DNA of 64,000 nt from an uncultured Alphaproteobacteria bacterium. Its GTDB lineage: Bacteria; Pseudomonadota; Alphaproteobacteria; Rs-D84. A model generated the notes under the pieces. The model saw nothing but the letters and a program-made list of their open reading frames with translations. It made no database searches and had not been told where the DNA came from. A program made the translations under genes and the position numbers. Each line of letters opens with the position of its first letter. Position 1 is the first letter of the stretch. Positions 1 to 9,193 of the stretch are shown piece by piece. The stretch is from contig CAKQTG010000001.1 in NCBI GenBank assembly GCA_934276735.1, forward strand, positions 418,203 to 482,202. Reading direction: 5' to 3'.

Positions 1-617
1 TCACGCGCAGAAACCAGTTCGCCCCGCACAGCACTCAGATGCGCGTCGCAACCGGTGGCGTCCACACTGCATGTGGCAAAGAATTTGTCAAAATCCGCGT
101 CGGCGGCGCATGCGCTGTAATCCGCGGTGCAATGATTGTCGGCAACCATACATGCAGAAATGTCGGTCTTGCATGATGCGGCCGATACCGTTTTGGCCGC
201 CGCCGTGCGCAGTGATGCCATTTCGGCGGTAATGCCCGCCGCGCGGCACGATTGTTCAATCAATTGGTCATATGCGTCCGATACATCATCGGCGGTGCAA
301 TCGGTAACGCGGGCGATACATTGCTGGGTGGCCCATGTGTAACGTGCCGATGGCGTCGATGGTGCAGACTTTAATTCACGTTCAGAAATAGTATACTTTG
401 CGGACGCACCGACGGAAACGCTGCGCATGCCAGTCGCACCAGGGGTGCCGGCGTTTTCGGTGCCGCAATACTGGCACCGCGCCGCCGGATTAGATGACGC
501 GTTTATCGCGCACACGGAATCCAGGCATCGCGTTAAATTTGCAACCGAACACGCTGCGAATGTGCCATATGGCACAATTGCGCCGCCAATAATAAAGAAT
601 AATATGCGTGCTTTCAT
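1..617 (-). CDS. Partial CDS (N-terminal 205 codons; continues past window start): secreted Cys-rich protein, divergent member of the large-protein family (paralogs A/B/C below). Begins MKARILFFIIGGAIVPYGTFAACSVANLTRCLDSVCAINASSNPAARCQYCG
   Basis: Manual translation of the minus strand from ATG (cat at 615-617) shows no in-frame stop down to position 1. It is not in the ORF track because it is unterminated. A signal-peptide-like N-terminus is followed by a C-x..C-LD-x-VC..C-x-YC motif matching the family motif. Confidence 0.55.
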   Translation of the reverse strand, partial: MKARILFFIIGGAIVPYGTFAACSVANLTRCLDSVCAINASSNPAARCQYCGTENAGTPGATGMRSVSVGASAKYTISERELKSAPSTPSARYTWATQQCIARVTDCTADDVSDAYDQLIEQSCRAAGITAEMASLRTAAAKTVSAASCKTDISACMVADNHCTADYSACAADADFDKFFATCSVDATGCDAHLSAVRGELVSAR

Positions 618-715
618 TTCTCTCTGTCTGGATGAATTATATCAAAAAAGTAGGGCGTGCGACAACATAAAAAAGACGTGCATAAATTATTTTTGATAAA
701 AAGTTATATTTGCTA

Positions 716-744
716 TTGACAAAAATAATATTTTGTCCTATATT
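716..744 (+). promoter_or_regulatory. Sigma70-like promoter: TTGACA (716-721), 17-bp spacer, TATATT (739-744), upstream of the 776 CDS
   Basis: Consensus -35 hexamer and 5/6 -10 hexamer at ideal spacing, about 30 bp before the ATG preceded by an aagga RBS. Confidence 0.4.
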
Positions 745-775
745 ATGGTGCGTAATGAGAATAAAAGGATTTGAA

Positions 776-1441
776 ATGCAAATATCGCAATTGAAAAACA
801 AATTGAATAAACGTGTCTTGGTGGCCACTGGTGCAGGTGTCGCGGCAAGTATTTTATTGGTGTTTGGAATCACCCAATGCAGCAGTAAAAACGACGCGTA
901 TGATGAACGTGATGCGGCCCGTGCTGAAACCGAGCAGGTTCTCTCGCGTGCAAACGAAGTTATTGACAGTCTGTGCACCGCGAATGCGGGTCTGAAACGT
1001 GCGCAGCAAGATTGCAATACGGTTGTGAGTGAACAAGAGGGTCAAATTGATGCGCTGAATGATTCTATAGCGGCATTGGCGGCATCAAAGGATTCTATTG
1101 CGGCGTTGAACGATTCGCTGCAAAATGCGGCGCGCCAGTTGCAAGAGACCAGAAAGCCACGCCAGCAGCGTCAACCCCAGCGTCAGCCACGCCGTGACAA
1201 TACACAACCACGTCGTGATGATGTGCAGCCACGTCAGGATGTCCAGAATAATCCTGGGGCTAATAATGCAGGTGTATCTGTGACTGTTGGTAACGACAAC
1301 AGTGGTGCAGTTATCGTCGGTGATAACAATACAGTTATTGTTGCCAAAGAATGTGCCTCGGTAAATGTCGCCGCCGATACGCTGAAACAGCACACTGTGA
1401 CCATCACACGCCAGTGGATTGGCACACGTCGCGTAAAGTAA
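776..1441 (+). CDS. Hypothetical membrane-anchored coiled-coil protein with a Q/R/P-rich repeat segment (QPQRQPRRDNTQPRRDDVQPRQD)
   Basis: ATG at 776 with an aaaagga RBS. The track ORF 710 starts further upstream without an RBS. There is an N-terminal TM helix, then a coiled coil, then a low-complexity tail. Confidence 0.6.
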   Translation: MQISQLKNKLNKRVLVATGAGVAASILLVFGITQCSSKNDAYDERDAARAETEQVLSRANEVIDSLCTANAGLKRAQQDCNTVVSEQEGQIDALNDSIAALAASKDSIAALNDSLQNAARQLQETRKPRQQRQPQRQPRRDNTQPRRDDVQPRQDVQNNPGANNAGVSVTVGNDNSGAVIVGDNNTVIVAKECASVNVAADTLKQHTVTITRQWIGTRRVK

Positions 1442-1462
1442 TTGACGTTACCAAAAAAACAT

Positions 1463-1493
1463 CAGTCCGCAGTGTCTGCGGACTGTTTTTTTT
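1463..1493 (+). terminator. Rho-independent terminator (cagtccgcag-tgtc-tgcggactg followed by T9)
   Basis: Perfect hairpin plus T-run immediately after the 776..1441 CDS. Confidence 0.7.
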
Positions 1494-1547
1494 ATAGACA
1501 GATAAATTCAATCTGTGTTATGATACTTAGCACAGAGAGAATTTTAC

Positions 1548-4500
1548 ATGAAATACATCAGAATTTTACTGCTTTCATTGTTTGTAATGCCGTTTGCGGC
1601 ACACGCGGCGTCGTCTGAATTTATGGTTGCGGCGCAATTGCTGGCCGCGGCAAAAAATGCCGATATTCAACAGGTCCAGGCGTTGATAAACAATGGCGCA
1701 AATGTGAATTTTGTGGATTCAACGGGTATGTCGATTGTGTGCACGGCACTGATGAACAATGACGTGCGTGCGGCTCAGATTTTACAGATGTATGGTGCTG
1801 ATGCGTCAAATTGCGACCGTCAAATTCGTGCATATAAAAATAAAAACCAGACCGGTGCGGGCTCTGGCGGGCTGTTTGGTGGGCTGTCGTCCGCCCAAAG
1901 TATTACACTGGCGGCGGCAGGTGCCGCCGTTGTTATTGGTGGGCTGTTTCTGTTGACCGATGTGTTTGATCCGGGAAACGATAATGGGTCATCTGGATCG
2001 ACCGGAAATCGCGTTGACGACAATACGGGCGGTAACACCGGCGGTGGTGCGTCGGCCGCGTTCACAACGCCGTATGGTCCGGCAATGCCAACCGCGGCGG
2101 ATGAAACCGCGAATCTGGCAACCAACCTGAATTATTACAGCCCCAGCACAGATGGTATATTAAAAGATAACTTTGCGTTGATGAACGCGTATAAACAAAA
2201 CTATCTGTTGATGATGGGGGGATATACCGCGTTGGCGCGTGGATATATGGGGATGCGGACACTGCGTAATTCATCAACGCGCGCGCCGATTTCAATCAGT
2301 GGTAATAACCTGGGGTCGGAACCAGTGCTGGGGGGGCGGCCGGTGAACGTTGCGCTGGTTACGACAAATGGTATCAATGCAACCGATGATTCATCACTGG
2401 GGGACCGCATATTGCCGTGGACAACGACTAATAATAACGGCACAACCGCAAATCCGGCGGCGATTGATATGATTTCCAGCAAATATTACAACAATAAACT
2501 GGTCGCGGGCAGTGATGGCACATCGCTGGCGGGATATACCACAACCGAAGATGCGTCGTTGTTAGATTACCTGGATTTGTCGGGATTTGGCACCGCGACG
2601 AATAACACCACGGCAACCGGCAGTGATAATCTGTTGGCGAAAATTGTCGGGGGCAAGGATTCTGGATACACCACGGCGGATTTTATCGGATTTATGCCAA
2701 ATGGCCAGATGACAATATTCAGAACCGGTGGTGGCCAGAAAATGAAAACCGTTACAGGGGCCCAGGCCAGTGGCTCTTATGCAATGGCGGGCGATGCGCT
2801 GGCCACAGGGGATACGTTGACACTGTTTGATAAAACACTGACGGTGACGCGGACCGGCAATGTGATTGTCGCAACAGACGGCACGACGACATATAACGGG
2901 TATATCGGGGCGGACGGACTGCTGTATATCGACAGTGCGGCCGATGGCAAAATCAACCAGGCATATACAATCGCCGATAATAAATTGACATTGGGCAAGG
3001 AACTGGCGGCGGCGGATTATTATAATTACAAGGCGATGTTAAACGCGGCCGCGTTGTGGAGTGTTGGTGACGCCGCGTCTGGGGGGCGTTCAATGCCAAA
3101 TATAATTGCCAATGCGTCGGTGATTTCGCCGTTGCGGGTCCAGAACGTTGAATCAATTGATGATTTGCTGTCATTTTTATCATCGCAATATGTGGCAAAG
3201 TTTGCCGAATTTGTGAACAAATATTATGATGTTGACGCGACCGATGGCACAAGTGGGACAAACAGTTTGCCCGGTGTCGACGCGGTCAAATTCTTTAATG
3301 GATTGGGATCGACATATTCGCCGTTGACGCTGTTTTCAACCGGCGCATTTGAAACTGACAGCGCGTATTCTGGCAAGACATTGTCGGCGACGTTTGAAAA
3401 TGCGGCACCGCTGGTGTTTTCAAATCTGAATCATCTGTTTATGTCGGTCGTTGCCATTGGCCAGGTTGGCACCGGCACATCTGCGGCGGAAAGTGTTTCG
3501 GGGTACACGCCCGCGAATAAATATCAAATCAGTCAATGGCATGACACCACATCTGATAAATATTACAAGGCACGCGTATGCGGTATCGCGGGGCGGGGCG
3601 CAAATGGGGTTGACCCATGGTGCTTTGCCGCCACAGGTGTGACCGATGAACTGGCAACGGCGGCGGCGGCCGGTGCGGCGGGCGCGGTGCAATCGGCGTT
3701 CAGTTATATGGACAATAAACAATTGTTCGCGTTGTTGGCGTTGACGGCCGATGGGCCGTATCTGGGGTCGGTGAGTGCCGGTAAATCTGTGACCAAGGTG
3801 GAACTGATTTCATATCTGCAAAATCTGTATACGATGCCCAGTGAATATACATATCGCTGGGAAAATGGTGGCGAAAACTATCTGGATGTTTTCAAAGAGG
3901 TTTTCGGTTATGGTCTGATAAACGTTGCGCGTGCGACCACCCCAAATACCAAGGTATATTATTATGATGGCACCAATATCGTATCCAGCAAGGGTAACGC
4001 ATACTGGCGTGCGGCAACAAATACCACGTTCCGGGCGTCGTCGGCGTTCAGCCCGCGTATGGCAACCATCAGCGCGCCGTTCTTTGATAAACTGGAAAGT
4101 ATCGATGGTGATTTGACGTTGCCGCGTATTTGGAAAAATGAATTCGCGGTTGGTACGCAATCGCGTCGTGGGTTGTATATGGGTGATGTCTTGGGCGAAT
4201 TCCGGACAGGCACCGCTGCCGCGCCACGCACCCAGATTGGCAATATCGGATTTTCAATGACCGCATCGCCACGCGCATATGACGACAATATGGCCGGAAT
4301 TGATACGATGCAATTTGATTATGCACGTGGGGCATGGAACTTTGCCGCCGGATACCAGCGTTACCTGACCGATGGGGCGTCGCGCTTTGACGGGTTGTCA
4401 AATCCGATTTTGTCCCTGGCGTCAAATGCGGTTGTGTCTGGGGCGGATTATAATGCGGGCCGTTGGTCATTTGGTGCACGCGCGTTTTCGGGTGCAATTA

Positions 4501-5180
4501 CCAGCGAAGAATTACTGGAAAACGATCCAACGATTTCATCGCAGTATGCGCCTGCGCGACTGGGCCTGATTCAGGGCGGCAATGCGCACGTTGCATTGCG
4601 TGGTGATAAATTTGGCATTTCGACCGCGTTTGGTAATGCGCGTGAATCTGATACGTTCCTGGGGGCCCAGACGGGCGGATTGCTGGACCTGGGGGCGGGC
4701 GATACAATGTATGTTGATACTGAATTGTCATATCGGCCAACCGATGGCGTCGCGTTCAAATTGCGCGGGACGGTCGCGCGCACAACGTCGGATATGACGG
4801 GTGGGGATTTCATCTTGGGAATGTCTGATGTTTATTCTGATGCGTTTGGGGTTGGAATTGATGCCGGTAATTTCAGTTTTGCCGTATCGCGCCCGCTGGG
4901 GGTATCGCATGGAACGATGCGGTATGCACATGCCGACTATGACATTATTGATGTGGGCGATGGCAAATATGATATTGGCATATCAAACGCCGGTGTGCGT
5001 GATGTCAACCTGGCCCCGGAATCCCGCGAATTGCGGTTCAGTGGCGCGTATCGTCGGGCATTGGGCGCGTTCACCGACGGGGCGGTTGGGTTTATATATC
5101 GCGTAAATCCAAATCATACAGACGCGTTTGGTAATGAATCCATATTCATGTTGAAATTAAATCACAGATTGGGGATATAG
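1548..5180 (+). CDS. Large (1210 aa) secreted surface protein. It has an N-terminal signal peptide and one ankyrin repeat, then a hydrophobic segment, then a long T/G/N-rich passenger-like region with a possible C-terminal beta-domain.
   Basis: Signal peptide MKYIRILLLSLFVMPFAAHA. Ankyrin-like segment LLAAAKNADIQQVQALINNGANVNFVDSTGMSIVCTALMNND. The alternating hydrophobic pattern in the last ~400 aa is suggestive of an OM beta-barrel. The C-terminus does not end in F/W, so the autotransporter call is uncertain. Confidence 0.7.
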   Translation: MKYIRILLLSLFVMPFAAHAASSEFMVAAQLLAAAKNADIQQVQALINNGANVNFVDSTGMSIVCTALMNNDVRAAQILQMYGADASNCDRQIRAYKNKNQTGAGSGGLFGGLSSAQSITLAAAGAAVVIGGLFLLTDVFDPGNDNGSSGSTGNRVDDNTGGNTGGGASAAFTTPYGPAMPTAADETANLATNLNYYSPSTDGILKDNFALMNAYKQNYLLMMGGYTALARGYMGMRTLRNSSTRAPISISGNNLGSEPVLGGRPVNVALVTTNGINATDDSSLGDRILPWTTTNNNGTTANPAAIDMISSKYYNNKLVAGSDGTSLAGYTTTEDASLLDYLDLSGFGTATNNTTATGSDNLLAKIVGGKDSGYTTADFIGFMPNGQMTIFRTGGGQKMKTVTGAQASGSYAMAGDALATGDTLTLFDKTLTVTRTGNVIVATDGTTTYNGYIGADGLLYIDSAADGKINQAYTIADNKLTLGKELAAADYYNYKAMLNAAALWSVGDAASGGRSMPNIIANASVISPLRVQNVESIDDLLSFLSSQYVAKFAEFVNKYYDVDATDGTSGTNSLPGVDAVKFFNGLGSTYSPLTLFSTGAFETDSAYSGKTLSATFENAAPLVFSNLNHLFMSVVAIGQVGTGTSAAESVSGYTPANKYQISQWHDTTSDKYYKARVCGIAGRGANGVDPWCFAATGVTDELATAAAAGAAGAVQSAFSYMDNKQLFALLALTADGPYLGSVSAGKSVTKVELISYLQNLYTMPSEYTYRWENGGENYLDVFKEVFGYGLINVARATTPNTKVYYYDGTNIVSSKGNAYWRAATNTTFRASSAFSPRMATISAPFFDKLESIDGDLTLPRIWKNEFAVGTQSRRGLYMGDVLGEFRTGTAAAPRTQIGNIGFSMTASPRAYDDNMAGIDTMQFDYARGAWNFAAGYQRYLTDGASRFDGLSNPILSLASNAVVSGADYNAGRWSFGARAFSGAITSEELLENDPTISSQYAPARLGLIQGGNAHVALRGDKFGISTAFGNARESDTFLGAQTGGLLDLGAGDTMYVDTELSYRPTDGVAFKLRGTVARTTSDMTGGDFILGMSDVYSDAFGVGIDAGNFSFAVSRPLGVSHGTMRYAHADYDIIDVGDGKYDIGISNAGVRDVNLAPESRELRFSGAYRRALGAFTDGAVGFIYRVNPNHTDAFGNESIFMLKLNHRLGI

Positions 5181-5197
5181 TCCCAATCTGTTTTTTT
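5164..5197 (+). terminator. Rho-independent terminator (acagattggg...cccaatctg followed by T7)
   Basis: Hairpin overlapping the stop codon of the 1210-aa CDS, followed by a T-run. Confidence 0.6.
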
Positions 5198-5257
5198 GAT
5201 TGACAAAATAAAATATTTGTATTACTGTCTGGTGGGCTAGAACCAAAAGGCAATAAT

Positions 5258-5677
5258 ATGAACATTTATTCTGGGATTGAATATATCAAAGATTATTTTA
5301 ACGGCACGGCCAAGAAGCAGATTGGCGCGGACGCACAATCTGATGCAGAAATTTTGGGCTATTTGGTTTCCAATTTTCGCAAGATGCGTGGCCGCAATGG
5401 TGTTATGTATTACTATCTGTTTGTGTATGATAATGCAGATTTGCCGGTTCTGTGCAAGATATTGTCCCGCAATGGGATTTTGCCACGTGTCCATACCAGT
5501 GAATATTTCATTACACCGGCCAAGGTCGTTCGTTTCCCGGTGTCATCGGTAATCAAGGATAATGCCAAGGTTGATTTTCTGCGGAAAGTTCAGGGATATG
5601 TGTTTAATACCACGGGCGGTGATATCCAGGCAAAGCTGGATGCGGTGCGTCAACAGATAAAATCAAAAGTCAGATAA
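5258..5677 (+). CDS. Hypothetical protein (139 aa)
   Basis: ATG with an upstream aaaagg RBS. Clean ORF between terminators. No recognisable motif. Confidence 0.5.
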   Translation: MNIYSGIEYIKDYFNGTAKKQIGADAQSDAEILGYLVSNFRKMRGRNGVMYYYLFVYDNADLPVLCKILSRNGILPRVHTSEYFITPAKVVRFPVSSVIKDNAKVDFLRKVQGYVFNTTGGDIQAKLDAVRQQIKSKVR

Positions 5678-5707
5678 AAAAATGACCCGTTTGGGTCATT
5701 TTTTTAT
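5676..5707. terminator. Bidirectional terminator (aaaaaaatgacccgtttgggtcattttttt) between convergent genes
   Basis: Hairpin flanked by A-run and T-run, sitting between the 5258..5677 (+) CDS and grpE (-). Confidence 0.65.
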
Positions 5708-6258
5708 TTAGATACAACAACCATTGCCGTGCGCAGAACAGTGTCGCCGAACATGTATCCGGTCTGCATTTCCTGGATAATGGTGTTGGGTGCCGTGCCG
5801 TCTGGGGCGGGGATAACCTGAATCGCGTTGTGGAATTGCGGATTCAGCGTCTGGCCAACGGATTCAATTTTTGTAATTCCAATTTGCGCAAATGCCGATT
5901 CAATTGCGCGCGCCATTGATTTAATTCCCGCGTCGTCCGGGGCGTGTTGCATGGCGGCCTGGACCGCGTCCATCACGGGCAGTATTTGTTTCGCAACGTT
6001 CATTGCGCTGGTGCGGCTGCGTGATTCAATGTCCAATGCCGCACGCCGACGCGTGTTTTCCAATTCGGCAACTGCACGCAAGTATTTGTCGTTTAATTCA
6101 CTGAATTCTGATTTCAGCGCGGCCAGTTCCGCCGCAACCGGGGCGCATTCGTCGGGGGCCACATCGCTTGGTGCGTCCGCCGGCGCGTCGTCTGATACCG
6201 ATATGGTGTCAATTGCAACTTCTTTTACATCATTTTCTGTTTTTTTGTTTTCGTCCAT
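5704..6258 (-). CDS. grpE: Nucleotide exchange factor GrpE
   Basis: GrpE-like sequence (…LNDKYLRAVAELENTRRRAALDIE…). Start moved to ATG at 6258 (MDENKK), which has an RBS. The track ORF begins further upstream. Confidence 0.8.
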   Translation of the reverse strand: MDENKKTENDVKEVAIDTISVSDDAPADAPSDVAPDECAPVAAELAALKSEFSELNDKYLRAVAELENTRRRAALDIESRSRTSAMNVAKQILPVMDAVQAAMQHAPDDAGIKSMARAIESAFAQIGITKIESVGQTLNPQFHNAIQVIPAPDGTAPNTIIQEMQTGYMFGDTVLRTAMVVVSK

Positions 6259-6342
6259 GTTTTTGCCTGCCTGTATAATAAATGTCTGATTAAAAACATG
6301 TGCGGGGGCGGCGGATTTGCCCCCACGCCGCACACTATATAT

Positions 6343-7044
6343 TTATTCTATACTGGTTATTATAGGTATGAAATCGTCTGGTTTCAAGGACGCGCCTCCA
6401 ACCAGCACCCCATCAACATTTGCAATAGACATAATTTCGGCGGCATTTGACCCCTTGACACTGGCACCGTATAAAACAGGCGTCCCGTCCAGGCCCATGT
6501 CGGTCAATGTGTTCGCAATCAGTGTGTGTGCCGCGCTGATTTCATCGGCGGTGGGGGTTATGCCTGCGCCAATGGCCCATCGTGGTTCGTATGCAACGAT
6601 AACGTCGCGTGCGTCGGTCGGCACGGATTCCCGAACCCCAGATTCAATAATCGCCATTGTTTTGCCAGCCTGTTTTTCGTCCATTGTTTCACCAACGCAT
6701 ATAATCGGGGTCAGACCAGCGGCAATGGCGGTCGCGGCCTTGGCCCGGACAATGTCGTTTGTGTCGCCATGATATGCCCGACATTCACTGTGGCCGACAA
6801 TGACGTATTTTGCCCCGGTTGCCGCAATCATATTGGCCGAAACCTCGCCCGTGAATGCGCCGTGGTCGTGACGGCTGACGTCTTGGGCACCGATAAATGC
6901 AGTGCCAGATTCGGCACCCAATAATGGGTATGGAACGCACAGAATAACCCGATTTTTTGTTTTTACGCCACGCAATGCCTCTATCATATTTTTCAGCATT
7001 TCACGTGTTCCGTTCATCTTCCAATTACCTGCGATAATTTTCAT
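6343..7044 (-). CDS. tpiA: Triosephosphate isomerase
   Basis: MKIIAGNWKMNGT…; conserved TIM motifs (IVGHSECR, AYEPRWAIGAG). RBS aagggaaa. Confidence 0.9.
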   Translation of the reverse strand: MKIIAGNWKMNGTREMLKNMIEALRGVKTKNRVILCVPYPLLGAESGTAFIGAQDVSRHDHGAFTGEVSANMIAATGAKYVIVGHSECRAYHGDTNDIVRAKAATAIAAGLTPIICVGETMDEKQAGKTMAIIESGVRESVPTDARDVIVAYEPRWAIGAGITPTADEISAAHTLIANTLTDMGLDGTPVLYGASVKGSNAAEIMSIANVDGVLVGGASLKPDDFIPIITSIE

Positions 7045-7111
7045 AGAATTTCCCTTTTTTTCGTTGATTTTCGTGCTATCGTTTTGCTATGGTATCGCAA
7101 AAGGGGATTAA

Positions 7112-8524
7112 ATGCTAGAATATTTACGTAATGCAGCAGATAAACCAGTGGCAAAAGTTTTAATTGCCATATTGGCGTTTTCTTTTGTTGGTTGGGGTGT
7201 CGCCGAATGGGTTTTCGGGGGCAGTCGTGGTGATAACACATTGGTTCGCGTTGGTGATTCTGAGGTCACAATGCAACAGTATAATGCCGAACGCTCGCGC
7301 CAGTTGGCCCAGATGACGCGTGAACAACAGCGTGCGGTCTATACCGACGCGCAAACGGGTGCGGCATTTACGGCACGCGTGTTGGGTGACCTGTCAACCC
7401 AGCGTATGGCAGAAAACCGCGCAAATGATTTGGGCTTTGTCGTGACTGATGCACGTATCGCGCGTGAAATTCGTGAATTCCCAGAATTTCAACAAAATGG
7501 AAAGTTTTCAGCATATCTGTTTGATGTCGTGTTGGCAAATTCCGGCTATACCGAGGCCCAGTTTGCCGATGTCCTGCGTAATCAAATTTTGCGTGGGTAT
7601 GCGATTGGCGCGATTGGGATAAAAATGCCAGTGCCTGGGTTCGCGGCGACGGCGACATATAATGCGCGCTATGGCCAGAAACAGATTGATTTCGCAACGG
7701 TAAAATTTTCTGATTTCAAGGTTGGACAACCAACAGACGCGCAATTACAGGAATATTACACCGCGCATCCGCAAATCGTCCCAGAAAGTCGCACTGTTTC
7801 GTATGTCTTGATTCCAGCAGAAATGAGCAAACCTGACGCCTATGACGCAGGTTTGGCCATCGCGCAAAAGGTTGAAGATGACATCATCGCAGGCGAAACG
7901 ATGGCAACGGCGGCCAAACGTCACGGTGCGAAATACGTATCGCTGGGCGCGTTCACGGCGGATAAACGTCCAGCAGACGCAATTATGAACGACAAAATGG
8001 TTGCCAAGATTTTTGATATGGAGGTCGGCCTGGAAAGCGAACTGACTGAAACCAAACAGGGTTTTGTAATTGTTCGCGTGGACAAGGTTGCGCCCCAGCA
8101 TAACGCAGAATTTGCATCTGTGAAAAAGAATCTGGTTGCCGATTGGCAGCGTGACGCCCAACGCAAACAGGCATACGTTCGTGCAAACGAAATCTTGGTT
8201 GATTTGAACAAGACGGGCAAATTGGCGAATAAAAAATCTGTGACTGTGTCGCGCACATCGGGCGCACCGACAGATGTTCTGGTTGCGGCATTCCGTGCGC
8301 CGGCCGGTGATAATTCCATTGTTGATGGTGCGGACGCGTTCTATGTTCTGCATACTGGGGAATTTGTTGCGCCAAAAATGGACGCGAAAAAAATGGCCGA
8401 TGTTCGCAAAGAATTACAGAACACACAATCGCGCGAAATTACAGACGATTATAATGCGTTCTTGATTCGCACGTATCCGGTCAAAATAAATCACAAGGTT
8501 TATGATAAATTCTTTGCAAAATAA
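7112..8524 (+). CDS. ppiD: Periplasmic chaperone / peptidyl-prolyl isomerase PpiD-like (SurA-family), N-terminally membrane-anchored
   Basis: N-terminal TM segment (VAKVLIAILAFSFVGWGV), then a SurA/PpiD-like chaperone domain. 470 aa. Good RBS. Confidence 0.65.
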   Translation: MLEYLRNAADKPVAKVLIAILAFSFVGWGVAEWVFGGSRGDNTLVRVGDSEVTMQQYNAERSRQLAQMTREQQRAVYTDAQTGAAFTARVLGDLSTQRMAENRANDLGFVVTDARIAREIREFPEFQQNGKFSAYLFDVVLANSGYTEAQFADVLRNQILRGYAIGAIGIKMPVPGFAATATYNARYGQKQIDFATVKFSDFKVGQPTDAQLQEYYTAHPQIVPESRTVSYVLIPAEMSKPDAYDAGLAIAQKVEDDIIAGETMATAAKRHGAKYVSLGAFTADKRPADAIMNDKMVAKIFDMEVGLESELTETKQGFVIVRVDKVAPQHNAEFASVKKNLVADWQRDAQRKQAYVRANEILVDLNKTGKLANKKSVTVSRTSGAPTDVLVAAFRAPAGDNSIVDGADAFYVLHTGEFVAPKMDAKKMADVRKELQNTQSREITDDYNAFLIRTYPVKINHKVYDKFFAK

Positions 8525-8525
8525 T

Positions 8526-8549
8526 AAAACGCCCACTTGGGCGTTTTTT
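8526..8549 (+). terminator. Rho-independent terminator (aaaacgcccacttgggcgtttttt)
   Basis: Hairpin plus T-run directly after the ppiD stop. Confidence 0.7.
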
Positions 8550-8563
8550 AGTCGGGGGCGTAT

Positions 8564-9124
8564 ATGACAACAAAATGGGCGGATGGCAAAAATCGATGCG
8601 CGTGGGCAAATCCGAATAATCCAGAATACATAAAATATCACGACACTGAATGGGGGCGCACCGTGCATGATGATGCGCGGCTGTTTGAAATTCTGGTGCT
8701 GGAATCGTTTCAGGCGGGCCTGTCGTGGGAATGCATTTTGGCAAAGCGTGAAAACTTTCGCTGCGCATTTGATGGATTTGATGCACGCCGCATTGCCGAA
8801 TATACAGACAGCGATGTCAGCCGATTGATGGCGGATGCGGGGATTGTTCGCAATCGATTAAAGATTTGCGCGACAATAAAAAATGCGCGCGTATTTTTGG
8901 AAATCGTAAGCGAATTTGGTTCGTTTGACGCGTACATTTGGCGCGTGACGGGCGGGGCGGTAATCCGAGAGGTGGGCCGCACACATTCAGAAATTTCGGA
9001 CGCGATTTCCCGCGACCTGCGCCGGCGCGGTATGCGATTTGTTGGCACAACAATCATCTATGCATACTTGCAGGCCATCGGCGTTATCAACGGCCACAGC
9101 GCAGATTGCTGGTGCACAAAATAA
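8564..9124 (+). CDS. tag: DNA-3-methyladenine glycosylase I
   Basis: Tag-family sequence (KNRCAWANPNNPEYIKYHDTEWGRTVHDD…LEIVSEFGSFDAYIW…) with the Zn-binding C/H residues conserved. Confidence 0.85.
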   Translation: MTTKWADGKNRCAWANPNNPEYIKYHDTEWGRTVHDDARLFEILVLESFQAGLSWECILAKRENFRCAFDGFDARRIAEYTDSDVSRLMADAGIVRNRLKICATIKNARVFLEIVSEFGSFDAYIWRVTGGAVIREVGRTHSEISDAISRDLRRRGMRFVGTTIIYAYLQAIGVINGHSADCWCTK

Positions 9125-9193
9125 TCCCGCCCCGAATAGGGCTATATGTGCGATACGCGAGATTGAAGGGTTTAAAGCGAATCTTAATTTGCG

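Noticed and set aside
1548-5180. Subtilase-type autotransporter call for the 1210-aa protein (FGYGLINVARA resembles the end of S8 peptidase domains)
   Set aside because: No catalytic D/H/S triad motifs (DTG, HGT, GTSMA) could be found by eye. The resemblance is limited to one short segment.
7745-8426. Long antisense ORFs inside ppiD (7745-8353, 7983-8426), DUF1015 (12715-13227), paralog C (23719-24492, 24910-25482) and uvrA (36721-37257)
   Set aside because: They are fully contained within well-supported genes on the opposite strand and have no RBS. Their compositions mirror the sense gene.
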